Under the pieces are notes generated by a model that saw nothing but the letters and a program-made list of their open reading frames with translations, ran no database searches and was not told the DNA's origin. A stretch of 64,000 bases of DNA from Felis catus (lineage: Eukaryota). Positions 26,081 to 39,039 of this stretch are shown piece by piece (the first letter of the stretch is position 1; each line of letters opens with the position of its first letter). The stretch is taken from contig NC_058368.1 of NCBI RefSeq assembly GCF_018350175.1, forward strand, positions 25,236,001-25,300,000, read 5' to 3'. A program made the position numbers and the translations under genes.

Positions 26081-26996
26081 ATTATCATTAATCCATTTTT
26101 CCAGCTATCAATCAGTATCTTTTTTTATTAGCCGGGTAAATCTGAGTAAGCACATAAAAGCTTCTTCCTGACCGTAGAAAATATTTTTAAATGAAAGTAC
26201 AGATTTTAAGTCTATTTTTTCCAGCCCCCAAGAACAGGCTAGGATTTTTGCTGTAATCAGGCCGATGACAATGCCTTGGCGGGACCTCACTGTAAAGCAC
26301 AGTGTCACCACCAGCTGCACACATGCATCTGTCTGGGTGCTCGATGATTCACAAAGCCAGCATTAGCTACTGGCTGTTGGCTATAAATGGCTATCATCCT
26401 TGGCCCTAGACATCACCATTTTAAGATGCTCTCCGTGCCGCCCAGCATTCAAGGTCCCCAATTCTACGGGACATATTGAGACTTCCAGACCTTCTGAAAT
26501 AGAGACCCCTTTTAACTCCTGATTGGACTCAGTGCCCCATTCTAGCAAATGGCCGTGGGTTTAAGCATAACACGGAAGCTCAAGGCACACCAAAGGATGC
26601 GTCGACATTTTTCAGGCAACACTCAGTCCCACTTGACTTTCCAAGAATCTGGCACCAAAGCATCTAACACGCTTTGGAGGAACTCCCAGAGCTCAGTGTG
26701 CTCGCAAACACCACACACTTCAAGAACATCAATCTTCCCTTGCTAGCCCTCCAATTGCTCTCCGAGGTGCTAGGGACCCATCATATGGCGCTTGAAATGT
26801 GCAGCACCGGCAGCCTGATCCATGCCGGAAAGTTCTGGCAGACAATCATCCCTGCATCCTCCATCCCACTCAACTCCGCCAGCTGTAATCTCTCACCCAA
26901 CTGTGAGTCTGTTCTCTGGGTTAGAATGAAAAAGGAAGAAAATGAATGAACCCTCATTTCCTCTCCGGAAAATTCAGGGCAGTTCTGTTTACCCAT

Positions 26997-27195
26997 ATTT
27001 TTTCAACGTTTATTTATTTTTGAGAGAGAAAGTGCGAGCTGGGGAGGGGCAGAGAGAGAGGGGTACAGAGGATCCAAAGCGGAATCCATGCTGACAGCAG
27101 CAAGCCTGATGTGGGGCTCGAATTCACGAACCACAAGACCATGGCCTGAGCCGAAGTCAGACAGACGCTCAACCAACTGAGCCACCCCGGGGCCC
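26997..27195 (-). mobile_element. Can-SINE
   Basis: Typical motifs. Confidence 0.9.
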
Positions 27196-27529
27196 CTTAC
27201 CTACATATTTTTGAGCCATATTGATGGAGGTACAATTTCTATCAAGTAACTTTTATCCCTTTTGGGTATACACAGCTCTGCTGTTTTTAATCCAAAAATT
27301 CAGAAACTTCTTCTCCAAGGGCCCTCCTGGGATGCCAGGGAGTCCGCTTAGGACCACAAATACACCTCAGGTCTCTAACGTCTGCCCTTACGTTTTTGCC
27401 CTTCAAACCCCCAGACAAGGGCTAAAACCCACCTTTGAACACGCACAAGTAAAGGGCATGTAAGCTGCAGTTCTCTGTTAGGCCCTAAGGGACTGAAACG
27501 GCACCTTTGAACTCAATAGGGCCATTTGT

Positions 27530-28077
27530 GTGGGTATTAATAATGCCTTTTTATTTTCTGTGTTTGTGTTGCTTTGGTATCTGCGGGCTTGCTGACCTTG
27601 AAGAGACTGTCCCTCCCCCAGCTAGCCAATTCTCAGAGGTTGGAAACGTTTGCTTGCCAGCGTGCCTTGTATATGCAGACCAGCCAATCCAAAACCCATA
27701 CTGTCACCACGTCCTCTATCAGACTCTCACATACCGAATCATGTCCCCGTCCCAATCACCCCAGACAACTAAGAACTCACTGAAATCAGCCCAGAACTCA
27801 CTGAAATCAGTCAAACTAGCCAATCCTAAGCCTGTTTGCCCCGTCTTGCTTTGCATTTCCTGCAGAAACCACACTAAAGACGCTCGCCTACCTTTCCCCT
27901 TCACTCCCTCTGGCTCCCGACTGTCACTGGTCCCGTCCCGCTCGTGACCCTACACGGCCTAGCTGGCCACCCCGCCTCTCGGGAACTGTGAGTAATAAGC
28001 TATCTTTTCCATGGCAGTCGCCTCCTGATCTGCTGGCCTCACCATACCCAAATAACAAAGGGTACATTTTAAAACAA
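27530..28077 (+). mobile_element. ERVL-type solo LTR (MER74-like)
   Basis: ccctcccccagctagccaattc...atatgcagaccagccaatcc...gggaactgtgagtaataa. Confidence 0.65.
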
Positions 28078-28681
28078 TATAAGTCCACACGTCATGGGTC
28101 TTATTTTCACGGATTTATTTTCACATGGATTATTTTACAAGAATTCTTACCAAGAGGCAGGTCAAGGACTACTCGGTGCTCTTTGTTAGCAGCCACACGG
28201 GTCAGTTCTGACGCTCAGTCACAGGGCCACCCGTTACCAATACAAACAGTGTAGGAAACGGTTTTGTGAAAGTTAATATAAAACTCATTCGTTCAGATAT
28301 TTACTGAACATCTGCTATAAACCGGGCAGTACCCGAGATTCAAGAAAAAAATAAGTTGTGGCCCGGACCTCCAAGAGCTTCCAGTATAAAAATTAATCAC
28401 CAATATCCTGTTGTGTTCTATAGAGCGTAACGGACAGTCAGTGATCCTGCTCCTGGCCTCCTAGCTGTGGTGTTCTGGGAGGTGGGGGATGGGGGGGGGC
28501 TCAGGGACTCCAGCAACAAGGCAGCTAGAAAGGAAGCTAAAGATATTGGCAAATGTAAAGGATGAACAAAAAATTCTCCTGCTCCGTGAATGTCTTCTTT
28601 CGCTTCCTGAATCACCTCAGTCTCTGGCCTTCCCAGTTATCTTAATTTGTTAGTATTTTACCTCATGCTTCCAAGAACTGT

Positions 28682-28685
28682 TTTT

Positions 28686-28749
<64 letters not shown>

Positions 28750-28985
28750 TCCTTCCTTCCTTCCTTCCTTCCTTCCTTCTTTCTTTCTTTCTTTCTTTCT
28801 TTCTTTCATGTTTGTTTATTTTTGAGAGGCAGAGACAGAGAGCAAGCAAGACACAGAATCCGAAGCACGTTCCAGGCTCTGAGCTGTCAGCACAGAGCCC
28901 GACGCGGGGCTCGAACTCACGGACCGCGAGATCACGACCTGAGCCAAAGTTGGACACGCAACTGACTGGGTCACCCAGGTGCCCC
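28682..28985 (-). mobile_element. Can-SINE whose tail has expanded into a (TTTC)n/(TTCC)n microsatellite
   Basis: SINE head at 28985; tetranucleotide repeat at 28682-28806. Confidence 0.9.
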
Positions 28986-29371
28986 AAGAGTTTCTGTTTC
29001 TAAAAATTAATATGGCACAACTTCTGAGTCATATACTGCAATATTGAGCATATCTGCCTCCAATTCTTTGGCCAAGCAAGGAATGGAGTCAAGTCAAAAT
29101 AGAAAGCTGGCCCCAAAGACTTTCATACCAGAGGAGGCACCAGCCGGTGGGCTGTCCTCGTCAAGGGCAGTAAGGAGGGCTTTATGGACATAACTGTCTT
29201 TTATCAAATAGTCCCACCTTTCCATGTTAAGGCACAAGGAAGGATTGTCCTTGCTGGTTCCCTGTGGTTGGATACAGCCACTTGACCACTTTTATCCAAG
29301 GAGTTGTAAGCAGAAGAGATATGCATTAGTCCCTTCTAGATCGAGCATGTAATTGTTGCTAGGGAACTGCA

Positions 29372-29702
29372 GAGCTGGGCCACCCAATATGGCGGCCAAC
29401 CCCAACATGTGGTCACTGAGCACTTGAAACGCGGCTGGTCCACACTGAGGGTGCTTTAAGCGTAAAATACTCACACTGGATTAGAAAAGCTGGTATCCAA
29501 AAAAAAAAAAAAAAGTATATATAAAAATGCATTAATATGTCTTGTATTAATTACATGCTGAAATTATAATGTTGGGTTAAATAAAATTCATCATTAAAAC
29601 TAACTTCACCTTAATCACCTTCATTTCGCCTTTTTAACGTGGCTACTTGTAAGTCTGAACTTACATATGTGGCTTGTATTATATTTCTATCGGATGTTGC
29701 TG
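29372..29702. mobile_element. MER33/MER3-like hAT-Charlie element
   Basis: acatgtggtcactgagcacttgaaa...ttacatatgtggcttgtattatatttctatcgga. Confidence 0.75.
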
Positions 29703-30544
29703 CCCTAGAGATTTTTTTTCCCCCTGCTATAGCAGTTGAGAATGTGCCAGATGAGGCTACGTCGGGTAGCCACGGGTAAGAATGACAATGATGTGGAGAG
29801 AGCCCTCCAGCTATCCTCACAGGCCATGGCGGCGTAATCAAGAAAAGACCTCTTACTAGTCTACGCAACTGAGATTGGGTTTCTTCGTTATCACAGCATG
29901 ATTCTAACTGATACCAACCCGGAGCTGGTCTGGGTGAAGGTGGAAACAAGACATATAGTAGGAAGGGAGCATAGAGGAATAAACGCTCCTTGTATCATGA
30001 CCTTGCCTATAATCGTTCTTGCGCACGTGCACACGTGTGCTTATTTCTGTGGAAGAGAAGAAGCCAGGATGTGTTCTTTTTGCCCCAATGACACTTCAGA
30101 CCACAGGTCCCATAAGGAACATGGCTTGCAGAAATAGTTGATGCCGGAATTTCTAGCCTGGCTATGTAGTTCCCAGGTTTTCAGCTCACTCCTGCCCATG
30201 GAACCACTTGGGATATTTTACTTCTAGGGCTGACAGTCACCATAATGCCTCATTCGGTCTGCATCCTTAATTAATCCAAGACTCATAGTGACAGTGCAGA
30301 AAAAAAAATAAATAACCCTGGGATGAAGAGCTGAATGGAATTCTGCAAAAGGGCACAATACAAGGGCGGACGTAGCCATTTGGTTGGTCTTCGACGAACA
30401 CTGAGGAAGGGGGATGGTAAGTCCCCTTGTAAAGGAAGTGTGAGTGGCATCTCTGAAGATGAATTTGCCCAGAATCAGAAATCCAGACTCCTCCACCATT
30501 CACCTATGTGCTAGCTCCCCCATTCCCTTCATCCACTACGGGTA

Positions 30545-30830
30545 TTTTGGCCATAACAGAACATTTAATTAACAGTAGTTTAAAACAGGGATTTATCTTT
30601 CTCATAGAACAAGAACATTCACTAGAAGAATGTGCTAGAATGTACTAGTCCAAGAACTGGACTAGTAGTTAGTCCAGTGCTAGCGTAGCAATTTAACAAT
30701 GTCATTAAGAACCCAGGCTCCACTCTCCTTTCGCTTCACCTTCCTAAACAGATAAAGTGTTGGTGCCTCATGGTTATAAGATGGCTGCTTAGCTCCAAGA
30801 TCATGCCCACCTTGGAGACAGTAAGAAGAA
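30545..30830 (-). mobile_element. Old MaLR (MLT1-type) fragment
   Basis: aatgtcattaagaacccaggctc...ctcatggttataagatggctgc. Confidence 0.5.
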
Positions 30831-33800
30831 AAGGGGAGGAGCTAGCCTTGGTCCCATCCTTGTGGTACAAAAGGTGGGGCAGATGCCCAGGCTTCACATT
30901 TGGGGGGAAGGGGGCACATTTTAGAGAGATAGGGATGGGCGAGATGTACTTTCTTCTCCTGAATCTGGGCCTTGACTCGGGGCTTCATGGGCTGGGAAGA
31001 AGGGGCACCTTTCTGAAACTTTCCTGCTCAGGGGTTCTAAGTATGTACAGAGCGCTAGATATGCCAGTGACCTTGGGCCTAGTAGCCTTGGTTGAAGGGC
31101 CTCTGCTTCACACCCTTCAGAGACGCCCATAGCCACGCAAAACGGTCATTTTTATAAGAAAAGTGACCAACAGTTTAGAAAACAGTACATTAGAGATTAC
31201 AACGTGTAACCCATGATGGGTCATCCCTGGACTGTCCCCAACCTCCTGCTAATCCCACCCCTTGCCTCCTCCCACACCATCACCACCACCAAGCAGCGGC
31301 CCCCAAAAGACAACAGGCTCTTACCTCACGGCAGCTGATCGGCAATCCATCTTCACCAATATCTTGGTAAATAACAACCAAACACGCCGCTGGGAGCCCC
31401 CCTGATATTAACAGGCTACTGTCGAAGCATCAGCAGCTCTTCCTAGGGCTCCGGGGCCATGGGTAGTTATCGGCCTGAGCCACCGGAAGACGGCAGCCCT
31501 CTGAAGGCAGCCTGCCTCCCTCCCCGCAACCCCACTGCCAGTTCTGGTTCCGGTTCCGGTTCCCTCCCGAGGGTGGGTGGGATTTTCCACCACTCGGGAC
31601 TCGAAGAGGCCAGCTGCGCCCATTCAGCAACGATAGCTCTCACAAGTGGCATTTCTGGCTGGGTAAATTGCCCCGCAGCAAAAAGAGCTGGTGCTAATTT
31701 AGTGTTCTCGTCTCATCAGCTGAAATGTTTTTATTTTGGGAGGGAATTGGTGAGCCATAATTATTATTGATCTCTGTGACAGCAATCGGAGAAAGCTTTC
31801 CTGTGCCCTCAAAAGAGCAGGACCAGAAATAGATTCAGTGTCTTTCTTGGCCAATCAGAGTCTCTTCTTGCTCTAAATTGATTTTTATAGCTGGCTTGCA
31901 ATTTAAAGAAAACAAATTAAAGTTCTACATAGTGAATTTTTGTATGTCCTAATCCCTCTCCCCCCCCCCCCCCCCCCCCCCCCCCGTCAGTATTTATGGA
32001 GCATTCGCTGGGACTCTAGCCATATAGTCTTAGAGTATGTCTTACCTGACTTTCAACAGATGGATGTTAATGGGATATTTATTTACAGAGGAAAATTAAA
32101 TTGGAGCTGCATCTTAATGCACAATTTACATAATCAGCTTTGTTCTGAACTGATGAGCTGTTTTCAATAGCACTTGGGACCTTTCAGTCACAGCTGCCTC
32201 AAAGCTGCAGCCACTGAGAATAGAGATTAAACAATCTCCTAAAGCTAGAAGTCTTGATGAGGATCTATTATCCCATCCTGGAGACCTCATAATTTCTCTA
32301 GACACCATCATGGGATCAAAGGTCCATGTTAGCTTCTTGCCATTGTTTGGGATCAAAAGAAAGATGTTCAATTTGCATTTGGAAACCATTACAGTCATGG
32401 GTAATCTCCACACTAACCCTCGCTTCTAAAAAGTTTACAGCATTTCTATTTTTGTAACGCCTGGCACTCTCAACAACGTACATAATTACCAACTTGCCAC
32501 ACAATGTGCTTGGGGAGCCTGAAGGAAATCTTTCTAATAATGAATTTCATTGTAATACCTGTGCACATAAAGCTGGTCTCCATGGAGAGCAGATCAGAGG
32601 CAAGACAGGTTCAGAGCCTGGAGGGGTGCAGGGAGTAAGTGTTCGGGCAGAGAGCCAGGTTGGCAAAACTGGATCCTTAATAAAGAACTGTTACCTCCTT
32701 ATGCCTGCCCCAGCCCGGAGGGCTGTGCATTGACCATATAAGTCCTTCTTTCTGACCAATCTGATCTTGACCAACTCTCTGTGAAAAGCATTGATTCTGA
32801 GAGAAGTCATAACAATGAACACGTCCTGAAACCTCAAACTCTCCAAGTTTGCTGTGTTTTAATTCTCTCGACAGCCTGAAGAGAGAGCGACTATTATTCC
32901 CCTCCCCTTCGACAGATGAGAAAACTGGGTCGTACAGAAGTTATTAGCCCCCAGATCCCCCGGTGAATTAAATGCAATAACTAGAATGTGAACTTGGTCT
33001 CTCTGACTCCAGAACACAACTTACCCACTATGTTCTACGTAGTCTCATGGATCAAACTGCATGGACAATTCTCTTAGTAGACCTGAGGTTCCCACTAATC
33101 AGTAAGAAGAGGCTTAAATGAGACTTCCATTCCTCAGGGCTGTGTTTGCTAACCTGGGTTCTTACGTTGGGAAAACACACAAAATCCTGAAAGGGAAGGT
33201 TGGTTTAAATTATTTATTTGTTCTTTCATTCCTCTATCCGTTACAAAACAGGCTTGTAAGCTGTAGTTGAAATAGAGAGGTCAAAGCCATACCCCCTGGG
33301 GAGCAAGCAGTGTAAGCTTGTGTTGGATTTTGTGATGTCAACTGTTTGTCTAACGAAAGTCCAATTCTGACAGAAAGGTTTGTATACATGAAACCCGTTC
33401 CTAAAATTCACTGAGACCATTAGAGATAACCGAATGTGGTTAGGAGTCTCTAGACTCTTCCATTCCTTAGGCATAGGACCCTCAACTCATGGACCTATGT
33501 TTCATGACGGGATAAATGGCTATTGACATCTTGTTCATGCTTTAAAGCCCAATTCAATTCCCCTGCAGGCTTCATACTTGCTGTGGGATGATTCAGGACC
33601 CAACAGAGGAGAGCAGGAAGGTGGTCAGTTTCCCTGGCCAGATGGTCAGTCCAGGCAGGTGAGGCTAGTATAAATATGATGAAAAACTAGAAATGGTCAA
33701 ACTCTGCCTTTGCCTTCCTGTGGGGGTGGTCTTTCGTGGGTTCAGTCTGCTTGGGCACAAGGTCGTCAACTGAACACAACCCAGTCCTTTGCCCAATAAT

Positions 33801-34055
33801 GCCCCGTGTACCAGACCATCTTCGGCTCTTAGTGCTTTACTAATATTGGCCTCATCTGTCCCCTTCCCCCAGGATCCTGCTCTCTGCCCTGTACTAATGG
33901 ACACTAAATGTGCAAGTGACCTTTCTCAGAGACACTTTATTTTACTTTTCAGTAGGGGCCTGCTAGAGGTCTAGGGCTCAAATCTCAGCTGTGTTTCTAA
34001 ACGGTGACAATTTCAGGCCCCAGACGGCAAGTTGGAAGAGTCAGGACTCCTGCAG

Positions 34056-34375
34056 TGTGGTCAGTGACAGCTCCCCAAAAGTTACGTCCAGGCATAACCC
34101 CCAGAAATTGTGGAGGTGACCTTATTTGGATAAAAGGGTCTTTGTGGATCTAATTAAGTTAGGATCTCAGAATGAGATCATCCTGGATGACCCAAATGGC
34201 CCCCAAATCCAATGTTAAGTGTCCTTACAAGAAACAGAAGACACAAATGCAGAGGAGAAGCCATGTAAAGATGGAGGCAGAGAATGGAGCGGTATAGCCA
34301 GAAGCCAAGAAAGGCCTAGAGCCACCGGAAGCTGAAAGAAGCCAGGGAGGATTCTTGCCTTGAGCCTTCAGAGTC
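34056..34375 (+). mobile_element. MaLR (MLT1C/D-like) LTR, 3'-truncated
   Basis: gtgaccttatttgg...agggtctttg...gatggaggcagagaatggag...gccaccggaagctg. Confidence 0.75.
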
Positions 34376-34902
34376 TAGTCATGACCATGGACAGCTGACT
34401 GTCTGTCAGGTGGCAGCCAGGCACTCTCTGTGGCTTGCTTCCCCACCAGCTCCACGTGTCTACCTTGGGAAGAACAGGGAGAGCAAATGCCTACACTCGT
34501 GAGACCCCAAATTGGGATGGCGGCTCATGAGGAAAACTCAGAGCAATAGCACCTCTAGCACCTGGACGTGCTTAAGAGAGAACATCACAGTTTCCTAAAA
34601 TATTACAGGAGGGTTTAACATAACAAAGGCATGCGATGGAATAAAGAAATCACGGAATTAAAACGAGAAAAGGAATGACAGACAAATACGTGACTGCAAG
34701 AACTAAACTTAGTCCGCAGAATGATTTCTATAGGTAGATGGTGGAGGTCTTGTCACTCAAAACGGTTAAAGCTAAATCAGGTCTGCGGGATACAAACAGA
34801 GAAGTAAAATGCATCACCGGGACCATATTCAAATAACTCAGAAAGAACAAGAAAACTGCTCTGTGAGGAAAAACAGTTCTCTCATCTGAAAATCTGCACT
34901 TG

Positions 34903-35123
34903 GGGGAGAAGCCAAGATGGCAGAACAGCATGGACGTTTTTTGTGCGTCTCGCGTCCGTGAAATACAGCCAGATCAACACGAAACCATCCTACACACCCA
35001 GAAAACTGATTGGAGGATTAACACAACAATCTGCACAACCTGAACCACAGAATCCGGCAGGTACGTGGCGCAGAGAGAAGCGAACCCGGGGAGCGAGAAG
35101 GCGCAGGAAGGGAGGTGCTTTTG
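34903..35123 (+). mobile_element. Felid L1 5'-UTR-only insertion with a 16-bp target-site duplication (TSD)
   Basis: Starts GGGGAGAAGCCAAGATGGC, like a cat L1 5' end. Flanked by tgaaaatctgc(a/c)cttg at 34887-34902 and 35124-35139. No poly(A). Confidence 0.8.
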
Positions 35124-36159
35124 TGAAAATCTGCCCTTGAACTTTGCGCAAATCAAATTTACCTGGCAATTGCTGGTCCACTTCTTTGTACAAACCCAGA
35201 TTTTTTAATGTATTCAACTCTCCTAGGAGTACCTCGTCAAGGTTAGGAAAACATCCTCTACCTGCGGGACAACCAAGTTACCGTAACGATGATTTCTGTG
35301 GACTCCAAGATCTGACTTCTAGAGACCAAAGGCAGGTGCAAACTGTGAGTGGGCCCCATGTTTAGCCCACAGCTCCATCTCCCTCTGTCCCCCTCACTCA
35401 CATAACAGGGCGGTTTGTTCTGAGGGCAACAATGTCGTTGTTTGGATGATCCATAATGTGGGTTCATAACCAATCTTCTATGGCCACAGTGTGCCATCTG
35501 GAGGAGGCAGGATGAGACACCTTCCACCCTCCTAGAACTTGGGCCCAGTCGCCCTTGCAGATAAGGCCTAGCAGGGAATATGCTTCATCTCCCTCACAAA
35601 TTAGATTTTACCCAGGCTTCACACAAGCTGCTCTAGGGAATGAGCGATACCCATCAGCAAATAAGGGTCGTCTTCTAGCGTGCTTGTTCAATCACATGGT
35701 AGTGTGCTAAGAGACACATACAAAAACCACAATGACATGTGGGGAATTTCTACTGTAAATTCTCTACCTCTATAGTATGTGGAAAGTTATCAGGATCACA
35801 CCATTTAATTTTGTCTTTATCTCCAAGGTAAATAAGTTATTTCCATTTGAAGTGTAAAACCTTCCTGTCTTCCCCCAAGAGTCGCCACCCCCACCCACCG
35901 CCGTGGCCTTCCAGCCCTTCCACGATCTAGACCCTGCCTGTCTTGAACCCATGGCCTCTCACCTTCTGCCTCACCCACTCTGGCCTCCAACATCAGTCTG
36001 CTCCTACCTCAGGGCCTTTGAACATGCTACCCCCCTGCCTGGAAAAGTCTTTCCCCCAACCCCTGACATGGCAGTTCTTTCTCTTCATTCATCTCAGCTA
36101 TCTCAAAGAGGCCCTCAAAAGTTATTGTTCCCTTCCATCCTCACAAGAAAAAGTCTTTA

Positions 36160-36780
36160 AAAACTGGAAATCAGCGACTCTTCTTAGATCAGTTAAGAAT
36201 TGGGGTCACCCCCAAAACTGGAGAGACAGAAAGGAAGATACAGAGAACAACAACTTACCGGGGCAGAAACTTCCATGAGAACCAGTCCGGTGCTAGGATA
36301 GGAAAATTGGAACTGTAATTGAGGAATTACTAGATGCCCATGTGGACAACTCTGAGAGGGATCCGGTCATGGAGGACCCTCACATTTTGGGGGATTTTAC
36401 CTGGAGGAGTTCTGCCAGATTCTCACACTAACGATAAGAGAAAATTCTCCTCACGCTTTCTACAGTGGGAGGGGAAACAGTAGCCATTTTGAAAGACATC
36501 AGAGCACCCTGTTCTTCTTTTTAACAAGGCCTCGAGAAAAATCATCTCACCAGAGCCTAACCTGCTGGAGGTCTCATCAGAGCCCACCCCACCTTGGGGA
36601 AGGGAAATAGCCGAATCCAGCCCCCTGTAGCCATCCGATCCCACCTAAGTGAATGAAATCTGAGGAGCCCCTGTGATGGTCAAAGCCACAGGCTTACCAG
36701 AAGACTGAGACTACAGAATGTTCTCCCTCCCCCACCCCTTCCCATCGCATTGTTGAGGGTCCTTTATAACAACAGGGGAA
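36160..36780 (+). mobile_element. Probable ancient L1 5'-region fragment
   Basis: Resembles recalled old L1 5' sequence and interrupts L2-like sequence. Family not established. Confidence 0.35.
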
Positions 36781-36782
36781 TA

Positions 36783-36970
36783 GGGGTGCCTGGGTGGCTC
36801 AGGTGGTTAAGCGCCCAACCTTTCGTCTCAGTTCAGGTCATGATCTCACAGTTCATGGGATTGAGCCCCGCATCAGGCTCTGTGCTGATGGCTCAGATTC
36901 TGTCTCTCCCTCTTTCTCCGCCCCTCCCCCATGCTCTAAACAAATACATACATACATACATAAATTTTAA
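36783..36970 (+). mobile_element. Can-SINE
   Basis: Head ggggtgcctgggtggctcag and A-rich tail. Confidence 0.9.
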
Positions 36971-38610
36971 ATAACAGGGGACTAGAGCTAGGGAACTGAA
37001 CATTTCAGAAATCTCACAGAGGCCTCTCCTGACAATCCTGCCTGAAACTACCACACACATCTTCTAGTCCAGCATCTGATTTCCTATTTCTTCATAGCAT
37101 TTAGATCATCTTGTTGATAGGATTACTTGTTTACCGTTTGTCTCCCCTACTAGAATGTAAACTCCATGTCTGCCCTGAACCTCAGCGACAACCCCCAGTG
37201 TCTGTAACAGAATCTGGAACACAGTTTTAGGTGTTTAGAAAACATTTGGTAAATTATGGAATAGCCCTTTGGCTTATGCCTCATTAGCACGCCTTTCTCA
37301 CCCATGACACATGTTTTAATGAGTTCCTCTTCTGTTTTGGATCTTTTTAAGATTTTTTTTTCATTTTTCTTGAAATTATATATACACATATGAAAATTAT
37401 GTGCATATGCTATCTATGGAGGCATCGACAATGTGCTATTTTATATATATTAAGGCACTGTAGCTAGCTATACTCTAGCCCCTTATGATGAATGATAACT
37501 TCATACAGCTATGCATACACATATCATCAAAACTGTCCCATATTGAAAGATGTCAGTCACGGTTACTGGGCAGTCTTTATCAGGTATAGTCATGGAGAAG
37601 GCAGAACTTTGGTAACATGGGGTAAGATTTAGGGTTCGAATGAGATTTGGGGTCATGTTTTCCCTCCTGTCATTTTTTCATAGTGCCACCTCCACTTGCT
37701 CAGTTTAAGACAGATCTGGGTGTTCTGTTTTGTTTTTCAGTGTATTGTAGCGTTTCAGTTCTTGGATCCTGAAATTTGTTAATGGGGAAGAAAATCTCGC
37801 TACTTTGAACGTTAGCAAACCCCTAGAGCCCCGGAAATCAGACAAATGAGTTAGGCTGTGATGATCACGTCTTCCCTTGCTAACACCGTCAGGCTCTGTT
37901 GTACGTAGCAGATGGGATACGGACAAGCTCTCTGATTCACCTTCCCACAGAACGCAACACGCGTCAAATCAAAGCTAACTCTTTCCTACCGAGAGGGCCC
38001 GTTATCAAAATCACTGCTGCGACTTCTCTGTCTTCTTTCTTATGCAAATATTCGGAAGCATCACTCCTCCCTCCCTGACCACTGTTCCACCAAGGATGAT
38101 CAGTGAAGCAGACAGACCATTGCGACCTAACCATGCTGTCCTAATGGTTGCCAAAGGAGAGCATCTCTATCTTGGCAACCTCTAAACACAGAGTCTCAGG
38201 TGAACATCTCTGCCCCTGTTGGGCGCCCACAAATCTGAGCTCTAAAGGGAGCACGTCCCTCCCCCCCCAAACTCAAGTGTGCGTGTGTGTGTTTGCAAGA
38301 TCAAGATGGGAGATTTTTACCAACTTCCGCTCACTACAAACGATAGCATCGCTCTCCAATTTTGATTTGGTACCAGTCTCTTTACGTCTATCTCATCTTG
38401 GAAATGATTATTTTCCTCCAGGTAATAGCCTACAAACTCTAACAACTAAAATAACACTCAATCCTCGGGGCTGCAAAGGTGGTGATACAAACCACAGGCC
38501 ATGTCAGTGTCGGAAGGTTTCGTTTCTAATGCAGCGATTCTCACTTTTCTGTCTCCCTGCTTGGAATGCCGTGTTTCTTCTCATCTGCTGCTGTTAAAAA
38601 CAGTATGACT

Positions 38611-38840
38611 GGGGCGCCTGGGTGGCGCAGTCGGTTGAGCGTCCGACTTCAGCCAGGTCACGATCTCGCGGTCCGTGAGTTCGAGCCCCGCGTCGGGCTC
38701 TGGGCTGATGGCTCGAAGCCTGGAGCCTGTTTCCGATTCTGTGTCTCCCTCTCTCTCTGCCCCTCCCCCGTTCATGCTCTGTCTCTCTCTGTCCCAAAAA
38801 TAAAAACGTTGAGAAAAAAAAAAATTAAAAAAAAAAAAAA
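38611..38840 (+). mobile_element. Young felid Can-SINE (SINEC_Fc type)
   Basis: CpGs retained; TSD agtatgact. Confidence 0.95.
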
Positions 38841-39039
38841 TAGTATGACTGCTGAGAGAGAAGTGTTCCACTATATGTTTCCAATGATGTTGACTTCAGT
38901 CTCCTGGTATTTTTGGACCTCATGATCCAGTGCCGGTGGACAGTTTAAATGAGACCCCATTAGCAAAGGGCATGAAAACATTGGGTTTAGAGCTAAACTG
39001 CCAGCCGAGGGGTATCGCGGCTGTCTTCCACACGATCCC

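Noticed and set aside
38611..38700. tRNA-like A/B boxes
   Set aside because: They are heads of tRNA-derived SINEs, not tRNA genes.
38566..38925. Recurrent ORFs such as MAQSVKRPTSAQV and MGQRETEHERGRG at many loci
   Set aside because: These are translations of Can-SINE copies, not a gene family.
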